DNA of 63,989 bases, filler included, from Neoconidiobolus thromboides FSU 785 (Eukaryota > Fungi > Entomophthoromycota): the NCBI GenBank assembly GCA_025603075.1. It is 7 parts of 7 records of this genome, joined end to end, with 100 filler letters (N's around TTAATTAATTAA, not from the genome) between each part and the next. Parts side by side here need not be neighbours in the genome. Positions count along the whole stretch, not along the records: positions 38,129 to 51,334 come from MU626619.1; positions 51,435 to 52,631 come from MU627021.1; 5 more parts are not named here. One strand, 5' to 3'. The translations under genes were made by a program, and so were the position numbers. Below the pieces are notes generated by a model, which worked only from the letters and a program-made list of their open reading frames with translations, ran no database searches and was not told where the DNA came from. Below, in pieces: positions 38,029-52,731 of this stretch (position 1 is the stretch's first letter; every line of letters begins with the position of its first letter).

Positions 38029-38323
38029 NNNNNNNNNNNNNNNNNNNNNNNNNNNNNNNNNNNNNNNNNNNNTTAATTAATTAANNNNNNNNNNNNNNNN
38101 NNNNNNNNNNNNNNNNNNNNNNNNNNNNAAATATATCGATAGTTAACGATTCCAACTAATCTTTAGTCTTGTTTTTATCAAATAGCTAGACTATGTAAAA
38201 TCACCCCATAGTATAGTAACACTAAATACGTATTCATTAAAAAAGTATATAAACCCTGTAAATGTTGGCCTTATATTTATAAAAATCATACATCAAATCA
38301 ATCATCTATAATATATTAGAAAC

Positions 38324-39403
38324 ATGCTCTTAAGTTACAATAATCCGGCTATTATTGCTTTATTTTTCGGCATATCATTAATTCAATGTCAATCAACTGA
38401 AACAACTGGTAACAGTGCTACTACTACTACCAATGATAATGTATTACCATCAAATAATATTAAACCCAGTTTGAATACTGGCACTAACAATACGGAACCA
38501 GTACAAGATGATTATTTTAAAGATTTGATGGAAAATTTAAATTATTTGAAAGAAAATGTCAAATTAGAACCAGAGTCCCAGGAGGAAGCTACTGGACGTG
38601 CCATTGAATTACCAACTCAATTAAAAGTGAGTGATATTCAAACTAGTAAATATTATGCTCGATTAGCAGGTGCAGCTTACTGTAATGATATGAATTTAAT
38701 GAATTGGTCATGCTCTCATTGTCAACATGTACCGATTCAGCATCGAGGAACTTATTTTGATAAAAAGACAGAAACTAAAGCCTATTTAGCTGTTGATAAT
38801 ATGAAAAAAGCTATTACTCTAGGTTTTCGTGGGAGTTCTTCATTAAGAAACTTTATTCAAGATGCTAAGTTTTTCAAAGATCCTATTATATTTGATAAAA
38901 AAGAATATAAAGTTCATCGTGGATTTAAACAATGTAGTGATGAATTATTACCAATGTATATGAATAAGTTAAAACAACTGATGAATGAGCATAAAGATTA
39001 TAAATTAGTTATTGTTGGGCATAGTTTGGGTGGCTCAATAGCCACTTTAAGTTCTTTAATGTTAAGAGAAAAACTAAACTTAAAAGATGATAAGTTACAA
39101 GTATTTACTTATGGAGAACCAAGGGTTGGAGATAAGGAATTTGCACGATATTTGAATCAACAAACTTTTACATTTACTCGAGTTGTTAATAATAATGATA
39201 TGGTACCTCATTTACCACCTAAGCTTAGTTCAGTTTCTGACTATTGTCATCATCATAATGAGCTTTGGGTTAATGGCGATAGAAATATTCATTGTAAAAC
39301 TAATAAATTAGAAGATCCTAGTTGTTCTGCGTCAAAATGGTACAAACCTTCGGTAAATGATCATTTGACTGTTTGGGGTATTAGATTGGGTGGTGAATGT
39401 TAA
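38324..39403 (+). CDS. Secreted class 3 triacylglycerol lipase
   Basis: Signal peptide and propeptide; FRGS, VHRGF, GHSLGG nucleophile elbow, TYGEPRVGD, RVVNNNDMVPHLPP, C-terminal DH. Confidence 0.93.
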   Translation: MLLSYNNPAIIALFFGISLIQCQSTETTGNSATTTTNDNVLPSNNIKPSLNTGTNNTEPVQDDYFKDLMENLNYLKENVKLEPESQEEATGRAIELPTQLKVSDIQTSKYYARLAGAAYCNDMNLMNWSCSHCQHVPIQHRGTYFDKKTETKAYLAVDNMKKAITLGFRGSSSLRNFIQDAKFFKDPIIFDKKEYKVHRGFKQCSDELLPMYMNKLKQLMNEHKDYKLVIVGHSLGGSIATLSSLMLREKLNLKDDKLQVFTYGEPRVGDKEFARYLNQQTFTFTRVVNNNDMVPHLPPKLSSVSDYCHHHNELWVNGDRNIHCKTNKLEDPSCSASKWYKPSVNDHLTVWGIRLGGEC

Positions 39404-39553
39404 TTTCAATAAACAATTCTTTTATTTCCTTTTTATTTTTCATTTTGTTTATTTTTTATCAAAATTGTTATGCTTGCTGCACCATGTCAGATAAAACTGA
39501 GTATGTTTAATTCTAATAGCTTACAAAAAAATTTAGATTTTTAGAACTTATAT

Positions 39554-39644
39554 GAGATGTCTTTTTTCTATTATTATTTTCCTTTTTTAAGTGCTATTAA
39601 GTGTAAAATATATCAGCAAAATGCTTAATGGAAAAAATACCTCC
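39554..39644 (+). mobile_element. Degenerate MITE family A copy
   Basis: Core TTAAGTGCTATTAAGTGTAAAA; ends GAGATGT and ATACCTCC. Confidence 0.7.
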
Positions 39645-40283
39645 ATAACTATTTATCTTATAAATATTAGCTATTGTAAAATTAAGTAGCATTGTATTCC
39701 TCATACTAATAGCAAAATAGTGATTAAATAACTATAAAAATCAATGCTACTAGTCCGTATTTGACCTTAATCTATTTTCTTGAGGCTATTTTTATTAAAC
39801 TTATGGCTAATTCCTTATCTATTGGGAAAAATCAACTCAATTTGTGTATAAATAACTTACGACTTTTATCTGATATAAAAAATGTACTATCAAATATAAT
39901 ATTCTAACTGTCAATCTCTAGTCCTTTTAACAGATCTTTTTGATCCCTTATTTAATCTTATACTCTATAGCTGAGTCCTAAATTATCAGATAGCAGCAGA
40001 CATAAAAGGTTCAAAATTCCAAAAAAATTACATAAAAGTTTTTCAATGACTTCATTTTTAGGCTCATTTCCAAACTTAGCAATTTTATCATTAGTTATTT
40101 TAACTATAATCTCCCCAAATGTCAACTAATGAATAATCAAGCTCCCAGGGCAGGAATTTATTACTAAGTTTGAAATAAAAACCATAGATTTTTATCACTA
40201 TTTTATTTAATTTTATCAATTATTATTGACTATTTTTGTTATATCAATATAGCATTATTATAACGTTGAAACGAATAATTATA

Positions 40284-41810
40284 ATGAGTGAAAAGCCAAC
40301 CTCTGCTTTAAGCTTAGATTTTATTATCAATAATTATGAGGAAGATGGAGAACAAGTTGATGAAATGATAGAACAAGAGAGAATTAAAGAAAATGCTCAA
40401 GATATTCGGACAGAGAACGAAGCGAACTATGATTTAAACTCAGAAACGGTAGTTCTATATTCTTTACAAAAGAAATTTGACTAATCTTTTAGGGACCTGA
40501 AGCAATAAATTCCACTTTACCACCATTAAATTCACCTGAATGCAAAGCCTGTATCATCGAAATTAATAATAATCTACCCGACCCTTTAAGTATCAATAAC
40601 TCGCTTAATTTAAACAAGAATAAAAAAAGCAAATCAAACTCATTTGATAACCAAAACTTCGGTCAAGAGCAACCAATGACAAATTATAGCCAAGACAATA
40701 TAAATGAAAACAAACATAAAACTCAGCAAAACGATGATCAACTGTTTTATGAAAGTGACAAGAATGTAAGGAAAATTAAGAATCAAAGTAGTATGTCACC
40801 TCATAAATCTTCTTATGTAAATATTGTTCATACTCAAATAAATACCAAAAGACCGCTTAATGAGTCCACTTCAGATCACTTTTATCACGAAGGAAAAGAA
40901 GAAATTGAAACAATACGTTGTATGTGGGAAGCGTGCCCAGCTCAATTTGAGTCTCAAGATGAGTTAGTACCTCATATATCAACAAATCATGTAGGAGGAC
41001 GAAAAGTTGATAGTCAGTGTAAATGGGAAACTTGTAGTGCGATGAAAAACAACAGTGATGAACTATTAAGTCATCTTTATCGGGATCATTTGGGCTTTAA
41101 AAGAGTTAAATTGACGTGCTTATGGGATGATTGTCGTACCCAGTATTCTAGTTTTGATGAGTTAACAGCCCATTTATCAGAAGGTCATGTAGGTTCGGGT
41201 AGATCTCAATATATTTGTAACTGGTATAAATGTGAAAGAGGTGGTAAACCTTTTACTCAAAGGCAAAAAGTTATGCGTCATTTACAAGTTCATACGGGGG
41301 ATAAACCTTATATTTGTAATCTATGTGAAAGAAGGTTTGCTCAATCCAACGTTATGACTCAACATCTTCGTACTCATACGGGAGAAAAACCTTATAAATG
41401 TTCCGAGCCAAAATGCTCAAAAGCTTTCTCTATACCCTGGGCTTTAAATTATCATTTAAGAACTCATAATGGTAGGTTTTTATTGAAGGATTTTTTAGTT
41501 AAATTGAATCATTTTTAGGAGAACGACCGTTTGTATGTAGTTATGAAGATTGTAAAAAACAATTCAGCAATTCATCCAATTTATCAAAACATGTAAGCTT
41601 CATTTAGTTTATTTTTCTAGAAGTTTAGTTTACTAATATTTTTAATAGCAAAAGATTCATTCTGGAGTGAAACCATTTGAGTGTAAAATCGATCCCACTT
41701 GTAAAAAACGCTTTGCTAGATTAGATCATGCTAAAAGACATATGAAAGTCCATGTTAATATGGATGATACCACTTGTCCAACAGAAGACCAATCACCTAA
41801 ATCAAGATAG
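40284..41810 (+). CDS. ZAP1: Zap1/ZafA-like multi-C2H2 zinc-responsive transcription factor
   Basis: Tandem CxWxxC fingers, HVGSGRSQYICNW, QRQKVMRHLQVHTG, SNSSNLSKH; about 9 fingers across exons. Confidence 0.75.
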
Positions 41811-42102
41811 GAATTAGCTATGATATTTTAATTTTTGTTAGATGTCAAATAATAGTTAAAAACATTTTTTTATTCTTTTGTATTTATTTTATAGTTATAA
41901 AGTGATTATATCATAGTTAGATTTATTGAATACATTATGTTAGTTTTTTATTCATAGATACTTATATTAAATTTGAATCCTTCCTTATAGCTAATTAATA
42001 GTCTAAATGATCTTTTTATATTAATATTTTCAATAAGATAATTAATTTGCACAATTTCAATCTATATTGCTTTTATTTCCCAAAGATAATATCAAGGGGA
42101 TT

Positions 42103-43626
42103 CTAAAAGTATTTTGAATTATTGAAATAAGGCCTTAAAATTTTTGGTATTACCACTTCTCCTTTACCGTTTTGATTCTGTTCAACAATAGCTAAAATAG
42201 TACGAGGTACAGCACAAGCAGTGCCATTAACGGTATGAACAAATTCACTAATTTGTGTTTTTGGGTCTTTAGTTAATCGAATATTCAATCGACGACTTTG
42301 ATAGTCCGTACAATTGGAAGCTGAAGAGATCTAAAACTGTAAGTACGATATTTAATTCTATACAACTATGATCACCTCTCCCCAACGGTTTTGATGGGGT
42401 AAATAAGCCTCAATATCAAATTTTCTATAAGCACTTGCCCCTAACTCTTCAGTTGGCATATCTAAGACTCTTAAAAATGTAAATATTAGCTATATAGAAA
42501 CTCTAAATTCAAATTACCTAAAATCCAACTCTAAATCATTAAAAAATTCAATTTGGAACTCCAATATTTCTTTTAATGTTTTTTCACTTTCCATAGGTGA
42601 ACAAAAAGCAAATAATTCCACTTTTGTAAACTGATGTACTCTATACAGTCCTTTAGTTTCTTTACCTCTAGCCCCAGCTTCTGCTCTAAAACAATGAGAT
42701 TGACCTGCCCACTTCATTGGTAAATCGCCAGGCTGAATTATCTGATTTAAATTCATACCAGCTAAGGCAATCTCTGAAGTAGCTGCAAGATAAAGGTCCG
42801 AATTTGAATGAGCACTTACATTATAATTTTGATTTAAATTATTATCCCTAGGTTGAAACCCACAGGCATTGACAATGTCTTTTCTTACTAAATCAGGGGT
42901 TAAAATTGGACTAAATCCTTTAGACATAGCTTTTGATAATGCTAGTTGACATAATGCTAACTCCAACATAGCTCCTTGATTTTTTAGATAATAAAAACTG
43001 TTACCAGATACTTTGGCTGCGGACCTTAAATCTAACATATCCTTTTTGATTAAAAATTCAGTACCATCAGTGATTGTTGATGGATAGGCTCTTCTATTTT
43101 TAGTCAAGATGGTTTTGGCATTTTCTTCTGAACCAATGGGCGATTCTGGATGTGTAAAATTTGGGATTAAGCATCCTAGCTTTAAAGCCTTTTGTTCTAA
43201 GGTCTCAAGCTCCTCTTCTTTTTCCGAAATATCTTTTTTAATCTCTTTTGCTTCTAAAACTAAGCATTGTCTATTTTCAGTAGTACTAACTTTTGATATA
43301 CTAGTTGAAATCTGAGTTCTCTTTTGCCTCAAATTATTAACTAGGTATTGAAGCTTCCCATATTCATTATATGCATTTAAGGCTTCATCCAAATCTATAT
43401 CATTTGATAAGTTACGTTGAGCTATATTTTTAATCATCTCTTCTCGTCTTTCTTTTAACTCTTTGAAGTTTAAGTGTGGTTTTCCAACAATCCCACGTTT
43501 TATTGAATAGTTATAGGAAGCATTCAAGTTTTTACCGTATACTTGTGATCTAGCTTTATATAAGTATAAATCCTTTTAAAAATATGATGACTTATTATGG
43601 AACTTACATAGCAGTTTTATAAGCAT
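42103..43626 (-). CDS. DIA4: Mitochondrial seryl-tRNA synthetase
   Basis: [29 protein letters not shown]....[45 protein letters not shown]. Spliced start MLIKLLSRSQ at 43626. Confidence 0.88.
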
Positions 43627-43765
43627 TTTTTAAATGGAAGAAATTAGAAAATGATTTTTGTTTCTAACAAATTTCGAATTTTTTCATCATTATTTGAAAA
43701 AGTCAACTTTAAATTTTTTAGAATTTATTCAATCGATATTAAAACTCAACTATTTATTAAATAAA

Positions 43766-45015
43766 ATGAAAATAGTATTAAAAAACGATATAAGAAGTAG
43801 AGGTTCGGGCCTTAACATAGTAAAATATAGCTCGGATGGTAATTATTGCTTTAGTGGTGGTAACGATAAAACGATTAGATTATGGAATTATAACCAAAGT
43901 GAAAGCAACAATTTAATTTATAATTTCGAAGGCCATGGTTGGGAAATATATGATCTTGATGTGTAATAAGCTAATATCAGTTTTGGGAAAACATTTATTT
44001 ACTTTAAAAGTTCTTCAGATAGCTCAAGGCTAGCGTCATGTGGTGGCGATCGTTCAGTATTTTCATGGGATATTGAGTCAACGTCTATCATTCGAAAATT
44101 TAGTGGACACTCACATGTAAGGCTATTTTAAAATCATAAACTTTACTTAATATTTTTAGAAAGTTAATTCGATTGCTTTTAATGAAGACGCTTCAGTGAT
44201 TGCTAGTGGTAACTATTGATTAGGATTGTTTTGATTATGTTTTGATTATTTCAGGCTCTTTTGATACCACCGTTAGGCTTTGGGATTGCAAGTAATTTTT
44301 TTAAAAACTTATGTAGCTTAATGTTTAATAAATAGATCTCGATCTCATTTACCTATTCAAATATTAGAAGACAGTAAAGATAGTATTTCTTCAATAAGTA
44401 TACAAGGACCAGAAATTTTAGTAGGGTACATTAATATTTATGATAAGGTTTCAAGTTAATTTTTTAGTTCGGTTGATAACAAAGTGCGGTTATATGACCT
44501 TAGAATGGGGAAATTGTATACTGATACTATGCCAGGTAAATTAATAAATAGTTATATGATTTTATTAAACTTTTAGCTTCTGTAACAAATGTTGGTTTTA
44601 CTAAGGATGGTAACTGTCTAATCATTTCAACCTTGGACAGTACAATTCGACTTCTTGATAAATCTAACGGAAGTTTATTAAATCAGTATTTATTTTTATT
44701 TTTTGAAAAGGAAGTACGCTAACTTTTTAAAAGCTTCAATAAACATACCAATCAAAGTTATATGATAGGAGCAGCATGCAGCTATGATGATAGTCTAGTA
44801 ATCACTGGATCTGAAGATAAGAGAATTTATGTGTATGATTTGATGGAAGTAATATGACAGTATTATTAGTTATTTTTACTTAAATTTTTTAGGGTACTGT
44901 TGTACAAAGTTTAGATTTTCATCAAAGAAGCGTTACTTCAGTGGCAGCTCATCCAAAGAAAAAAGAGTTTATAGCTTGCTCTACAGATGGCAGAATATCA
45001 ATATGGGCTTATTAA
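43766..45015 (+). CDS. WDR83: WD40-repeat protein WDR83/MORG1, multi-exon
   Basis: YSSDGNYCFSGGNDKTIRLWN, GHGWEIYD, ASCGGDRSVF.WD, SGSFDTTVRLWDCKSRS..PIQILEDSKDS, GSVD..VR.YDLRMG. Confidence 0.88.
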
Positions 45016-45623
45016 GTACAAAAAAGTTATTAGTTTATTAAAATAAGTTCAGTTTTAAAGTTCTAATTAATTTAAATTTAAAGTTAAAAATTTCTACAAG
45101 CTATTATTACACATTTTATAAAATGTTACTTACATATGTTATTAAATACCATCGATTTCCAGTCATATATATTTATATATTAAATGAAAACAACTTGTCA
45201 AGCCTATCATATCAATATACTAATCATTGGTCCTTCAGAAAGAATACGCTTAAATATTATTATTCCCCCTAAACCCTATAATAATTAAAATAGACTTTAC
45301 AACAAGTTTGTACATACATTTCTATACAAGTTATGCTAATATAAATATTGTGTAGTTGTAGAAGTTTATATGAAAAAAGTAGTATTAATGTCGAACTACT
45401 ATATTGTAGATATAAATATAAGTAAAAAGATGTTAGAACTAAAACAATCAAAGGGGTTTTGACACTATTATTTAAGAGTCACTAAGTTGTTGAACTTAGT
45501 ATTAAAATTAAAATTACAAAATGAGTTAAAATAGAGCTGAGTTAATAATATTAAACTGCAATGTAAATGATTAAAGTTTATTCAAAAATATTACCTAATC
45601 ACAGATTAGATTAAGATAAATCA

Positions 45624-46258
<635 letters not shown>

Positions 46259-49200
46259 TTTGTATTTTGTCAAGATAAAAAGGTTCACACCAGTGTGGGG
46301 AAACTTAAATTTATATCACGTGATTTATACATCATCAGCCTAAACCAATCAAACTTAACCTACCTATGAATAAGGAAACTGCCTTTTTTAAGCTTACAAA
46401 ATCGAAAGAGAAATTTAAGCATGTGAATTTTTATCATTAAAATATTGAGCTAATTGATATAAATAAACTTGCTAAATATTTGTTGAGAACTCTACCCCTT
46501 TCACTTCCTCCGCATTATTCACTCTCATTTTATATATTGCTAATAAGTCGCTTATGAGTCTCATCACTTTTTCAAGGGCCTTAAAAAAAGTGATTGAAAT
46601 CAATAGTTATAAAATATGAGAAATTAATAGTATTATGGTTTGATTAACTATAGATTTAATTTTGATGTATGATTAAAATATTAACACATATATTAGTTTT
46701 TAACTTTTTATATTTTTAAGTTTTATTTTAACCTTTTTTATTAAATGTAAGGCTTTTAGAAGCCATACAATGGTAAATAACTAACAAGGGCAGCAGCTAA
46801 TATGTTATCAAAAGTGTTACTTGAAAAAAATCGCCTTCTCATATCGTATTTATATTATATAAGAACTTAAAAGAATTGAAGAATATAGTTTACAATGTCT
46901 GAACATCAACACATTGAAGATCGGCTTAATTTAAATTATCTTTTTGCCTTTTATATAATACTTTGGTGACAGTAGATAACGTTTACACTACATTCTTGCC
47001 ATATTTTTCAAAAGTGCTTACTTGCTTTGATGGAATATACATGCATTTGGTATTAAAGATAGCCAGGGTCGATAATACTTTATAATAAAGCGAAGCATCT
47101 AACTATTTTTTTAAATATTTATTACTCCTTTGACTTTCATTTTTAATTTTCATCTAAGCTGGTTTTTAATTTTTTTCAATATTTTGACATTCATAATAAT
47201 AAAATATTCATTGAAAATAAGCTCTAGTATTTTTATGTCAATAGAAGCAATAAAAGTTAAATACGCTTAAGCTAGTGCAGTAAATTAAATGTATTATTTT
47301 GAAATAAATAAATATTATAAAGATCTAAAATTTTTTTAGGAAAATTCATTTAATACAATAAGTTGTCCTTATAGTGTATTATTTATAACTATTGTAGATT
47401 TGTAAACCTTATAATAAAATTACCATCCTTTAAATATGCTTTAAGAAATTCTTTAAGAAATTCTTTAACAACTTTTAAACCTAAAAAGTTTTAATACTAA
47501 ATTTAGAAAAATAAAAATGTTGAATTTATTATTAATTATACTATATTTATTACTGTTTTACTAGATGTTAATTGACTATGTAATTTCTCAGGGTATGTGA
47601 ATTAATTTTGTTTTTAAAAAGCGATATTTTTATTTCTTATTATACAACATGCGTTATTATATATGTACTGGCTATATAATCAATAAAAAAAGATGCATAA
47701 TGATAGAAAAGCTATAAGTGAAGAGCAAAAATCAATATTTTTTTAAAATAAAACAAATTTGAAAAGGTATTGAAAATGCTTTATTGTTTAAGTAAGATTA
47801 AATATTATAATTTATCATACAGTTATAAAAACAAAATCATAAAAAACCAATCACTTAATTGAAGTTTACTAAAGTCTATTATTTTCATAAGTTTGATTTA
47901 CTTGTGTTGTAATTAGTTATATCATATATTTTATAATCCAAATTATAAATAGAATAGATGCTATTACATACTGGCAAGCTATAAATTTCAATAGTGAGTA
48001 TTTATTACTTGAAAATAGTAAGAGGTATTTTAGCATTAGTTATTATTAAAAATGTATCATATTAGATTAAAAATTTTAAGGGTAAATGTTTATCAAATTG
48101 ATTCTTTAGTAAAACTATACTTTTTAGTAAATAAAGTAAATTAGGACGCACTTTAAAAAAGCCAAATTGCTTTTATACGACTTTGATTTTTCATTATCTA
48201 AGTATTGGTCCATTCTCTAAGCAGCCCAAATGCTTTAAAAACACAAGTAGTTATCAGACATAAAAAACACGACCATATAAAACCAGGCCACTTTAATGTT
48301 GTTCTACATTAAATTGTTAAAGGACATATAAAAAACAATCTTATAAACACATTTGAATATTTTGATAAAAAATCAATCTTCATTATCATAAATATTTTTT
48401 AATTGAAATACTTTCAACTGTATATTCTGTGGTTTTTTACTTATTAATCAATCTATAACAACTAAATAGATAAGTATATAATATTTGGAAACCTCAGAGG
48501 ATAACACTTAATATTCTAATTAAGTCTATAAAATTATAAATAATCTCCAAAAATACAAAACATAAAATTTTATTCACATTTAAAGATCATCATATTTTGA
48601 TCTATAATAATCACTTGTCATCTAGGTTACTAGGATAATTCTACCTTTTTTTCAGCGTTTCATACCAGAGATGTTAAAAATATCAATTGAATTCTGAAAA
48701 TCTATTTATTCGAATCAAATAGCATAACCAGCTCTGAAAACTAAAGAGTTGAGAGAAAATATGATCAAATTCATAGTTGGTAAAAAGTAACAATGATTTG
48801 TCCTCTTAGCTATTAGAATCACTGATGATACTTGTATTTAGTTTATCAATTGATACTCTAGCTTTACATGCTTAAAAAATGTAGGAATGGTATTCTATAT
48901 AGCAATATCACGATGTTAGTATTAAATCATTTATATTGCTTTAAAATAGAATACCTAAGCTTAGACTTAAATACAGAGTTTCAAAAGAATTGCTTCACTT
49001 TAGAAAATAGCTCTAAAATAATCATTTATTGAAGGAATAAAAACATCACGTAAAAAGCTTTTAAAAAACGATTTAATACATTCTTATATTTAAATCATTT
49101 TAAAAATATAGTCAATATTGGACCATTTTTTAACTTTTATAACAATATCATAAATTGTTTATAAATAGCAAAACTGGCATTCAACTATTGAAAGAGCAAA

Positions 49201-50268
49201 ATCTTAATTATAATATATTTTATTTGAAATCACTTTATTTTTTAAATATGATCTCAAATTTAGTATGTATTTTTAGTGCTTTAAAGCTATTAAGCCTCCT
49301 TTATTAATTTCAATGTTGATTGTTGTTTCTATTTAATATATTAACTAAATAGTAAGTGCATGGACGAAGGCTTAAAGATTAATTAAAGATGACCTGGATA
49401 AACAATCATATTTTGTATCAAACTAAGGCAGCTAATAAATTCATTCTGTATTTTTAAATACTAAAGTCAATTTATAATAGAATTGGATGATGTTTAAATT
49501 ATATTTAAAAAATAAAATATTTGTTTTTACGGTATAATAAATACTTTTGAAATTTAAACAATGCTATATCATTTTGACTTACATGGATTTTTCCACTTTC
49601 CTTTAGTAATAATTGTTTCTCTCACAAAAAACAAAAATCTCATCCTTAATAAAGACATAAATGCCTCATTAGCTTAAAACCATAGTAAAACAATATTCCC
49701 CTATACAGTTATATTCAAAGGCTTTTACTTTAAAATAAAGTTGCAAATAGAGTTGATGTACATAAATGACGAATAAAACTATACTTTTAAGCTAATTTGA
49801 ACAAAATAAAAATTTGATAATGATAAAGCCTTTGTTTAATCGAATTTTTAGTAAAGATTTTCTTGTTTTCATTTAATATTTCTTGAGATTATATTTTTTA
49901 TGCTGTTTTAGCACAATATTTATATTGGATCTATGCATCAAATAGGCTCTGTTGATCTTGGATAATTAAATTGATGCATGCCAATTTACTTAAGTATTTA
50001 ATTTACAAATATATCTATTTAAATTCATAAAGCGAGGATATAAAGCCTTGTTTAAAATCTATTAGTTTATAATGAAATAATTGATGGCTTAACAAATGTA
50101 AAGTACCACGAAGGATAAGTAAAATGTTAACTATCATAGCTATAATATAAGAAAAGAGTATATAAACATTCAAAAAATAACTTAAATTATTATTAAATTA
50201 TCTCAATCTATTTATTGTACATTGATATATACTCAAAAACATATTTATTATAACAATCAATTATAAAA

Positions 50269-51334
50269 ATGAAAACCTTTATTGCTGAACTCATCCCATT
50301 CTTAGCTATTGCTTCTGCCTTAAACTTACCAGAAAATAACAACGCAGCTAACAACCAAGCAGTGACTGCCAAAGGATACGGATATGGCTATGGAAGTAAG
50401 CCAAGTACTGGTAGTGGAAGCGGAAATAATCCTAATTATAGCTATAATCCATGGAATTCTCCATATTTTTTAAGATGGTATTATGAATATCTTTGCTATT
50501 ATAGAGGTTATGGATGTAATTATATATATGGACCAGGCTCATCAGGTGCTCCAGGTTCAAGTGGTAACCCAGGATCTTCAGGTGCCCCAGGTTCAAGTGG
50601 AAATCCAGGATCCTCTGGTGCTCCAGGTTCAAGTGGTAACCCAGGTTCTTCAGGTGCTCCAGGTTCTTCTGGCGCCCCAGGCTCAAGTGGAAATCCAGGA
50701 TCTTCAGGTACCCCAGGTTCAAGTGGTAACCCAGGATCTTCAGGTGCCCCAGGTTCAAGTGGAAATCCAGGATCCTCTGGCGCTCCAGGTTCTTCCGGTA
50801 ACCCAGGATCCTCTGGTGCTCCAGGCTCAAGTGGAAATCCAGGATCTTCAGGTGCTCCAGGTTCTTCCGGTAACCCAGGTTCTTCAGGTAGCCCAGGTTC
50901 TTACATTCCAGGCTCTTCAGGTGCTCCAGGTTCAAGTGGCAACCCAGGATCTTCAGGTGCCCCAGGTTCAAGTGGAAATCCAGGATCCTCTGGTGCTCCA
51001 GGTTCAGGTGGAAACCCAGGATCTTCAGGTGCCCCAGGTTCAAGTGGTAACCCAGGATCTTCAGGTGCCCCAGGTTCAAGTGGTAACCCAGGATCCTCTG
51101 GCGCTCCAGGTTCTTCCGGTAATCCAGGATCTTCAGGTGCCCCAGGCTCAAGTGGCAACCCAGGATCCTCTGGCGCTCCAGGTTCTTCCGGTAACCCAGG
51201 CTCTTCAGGTGCCCCAGGTTCAAGTGGTAACCCAGGATCATCAGGTAGCCCAGGTTCTTATATTCCAGGCTCTTCAGGTGCTCCAGGTTCAAGTGGTAAC
51301 CCAGGATCTTCAGGTGCTCCAGGTTCTTCTGGCG
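50269..51334 (+). CDS. Secreted collagen-like (Gly-X-Y) protein, 3' end lost in gap
   Basis: Signal peptide MKTFIAELIPFLAIASA, Tyr-rich head with C-x6-C, then (GSSGAP/GSSGNP)n from 50536. Confidence 0.88.
50536..51334 (+). repeat. 18/36-bp coding minisatellite with a roughly 357-bp higher-order unit
   Basis: CCAGG.TC.TC.GG.(GC./AA.) units; the GSPGSYIP interruption recurs at about 50884 and 51241. Confidence 0.9.
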
Positions 51335-51434
51335 NNNNNNNNNNNNNNNNNNNNNNNNNNNNNNNNNNNNNNNNNNNNTTAATTAATTAANNNNNNNNNN
51401 NNNNNNNNNNNNNNNNNNNNNNNNNNNNNNNNNN

Positions 51435-51559
51435 CTTAGTCACATAAACTAAGACCTTTTGACTTATAGTGTAGTCAACCCAGCAATAGCTGTTCTTGAC
51501 TCCAAACCCTGAGTACCAGATTTCACAAAGTAAATTCTGAAACCAATTCGGACAACCCC
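51435..51559 (-). mobile_element. Family B repeat terminus (deletion derivative)
   Basis: Matches 869-960 joined directly to 1150-1179, ending GGACAACCCC-ATAT. Confidence 0.75.
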
Positions 51560-52047
51560 ATATATTAGTATTAGCACTAATGTTTTTTATTTAGTTTTAA
51601 TATATAAAATGTTATTTAAGTTATTAATAGGCCAAGCTAATAAATAGTTAAAAAGCAAATAATTCTAATAGTAAGTAAAATTTATTATTATATTATTTAC
51701 GTTGTAAAAAAATAATCAGCTATAGTTTTAGAGGTAATTATTCTCTTTTATGCAGCTACTTATTAACTTGATAACACATTAAGAATGCAATTATAGTATT
51801 AGCATATAGGCTATCTTAATAAACCCTTTGCTAGTAAAGCAATTTTTGTTAAATTTAATAGAAGTTCTACTAACTTACAATATAAATTAAAGTACTTTAA
51901 AACTATATTAAAGTACTTTTTTTAACAAAAAGTTTATTTTTATAAAACTCAAGCAGAGTTTTTGAAATACAAAATTTTTAAAAATCAGATAAAAAATGAA
52001 ACTAACTGTGAAATCTTGGTATTCAGTATTTGAAGTCAAAAACAGCT

Positions 52048-52146
52048 GGGGATATATTTTTGTGTTTAAGAATTTTACTAACAAAATTTCCACTCAAATA
52101 GTGCTTAAAAGATGGAAAAAGTGATGAAGCCAAAAAAAACATCCCC
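52048..52146 (-). mobile_element. MITE family A copy (99 bp) with AGCT TSD
   Basis: AGCT-GGGGATAT...ACATCCCC-AGCT. Confidence 0.93.
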
Positions 52147-52149
52147 AGC

Positions 52150-52631
52150 TATTTCCTGGTTAATTACACTATAAGTCGAAAGGTCTTAGTTTATGTGGCC
52201 AAGATAGACTTGGATTATAAAGAATAGCACGCAATAGGCTACAGACTATATAAGATAAATACAATAGGCAATACTAATGTAAAACCTACGTAAAATAATA
52301 TTAAGTAAACTCAATGGCTTTATTAAATGTACGAAGATATTAGGGAATAATTCAGTTAAAAAAGCCTCGAGCTACTATGTTCTAAAATCTCTTTTATACT
52401 CTAACAAGTATAGATATTAACACGAAATGATAATATTCTTTGAGACGAAGATAGAAATTTTCATAACAAATCAAAATAAGAACATGGGATTGATTTCCTC
52501 TGAACTCGAGAACACAACAGCTTAGGCGATTGCTATGTTATAATTAATCATGGAGCTGACAAAACGATATTTCACAGCGTTTAATATAAATAAAATATAT
52601 GGGGCTGTCCTAATTGGTTTCAGAATCTACT
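52150..52631 (+). mobile_element. Family B repeat internal segment plus a new GGGGCTGTCC terminus at 52601
   Basis: Reverse complement of about 480-900; ATAT-GGGGCTGTCCTAATTGGTTTCAG. Confidence 0.75.
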
Positions 52632-52731
52632 NNNNNNNNNNNNNNNNNNNNNNNNNNNNNNNNNNNNNNNNNNNNTTAATTAATTAANNNNNNNNNNNNN
52701 NNNNNNNNNNNNNNNNNNNNNNNNNNNNNNN

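Noticed and set aside
46400-50200. Gene-free stretch searched for an autonomous transposase or retroelement
   Set aside because: No sustained open frame or RT, integrase or DDE motifs; faint coding-like patches near 46900-47100 are unsupported.
50432-51382. Long alternative-frame ORFs (286, 299 and 85 aa)
   Set aside because: Shadow frames of the stop-poor coding minisatellite.
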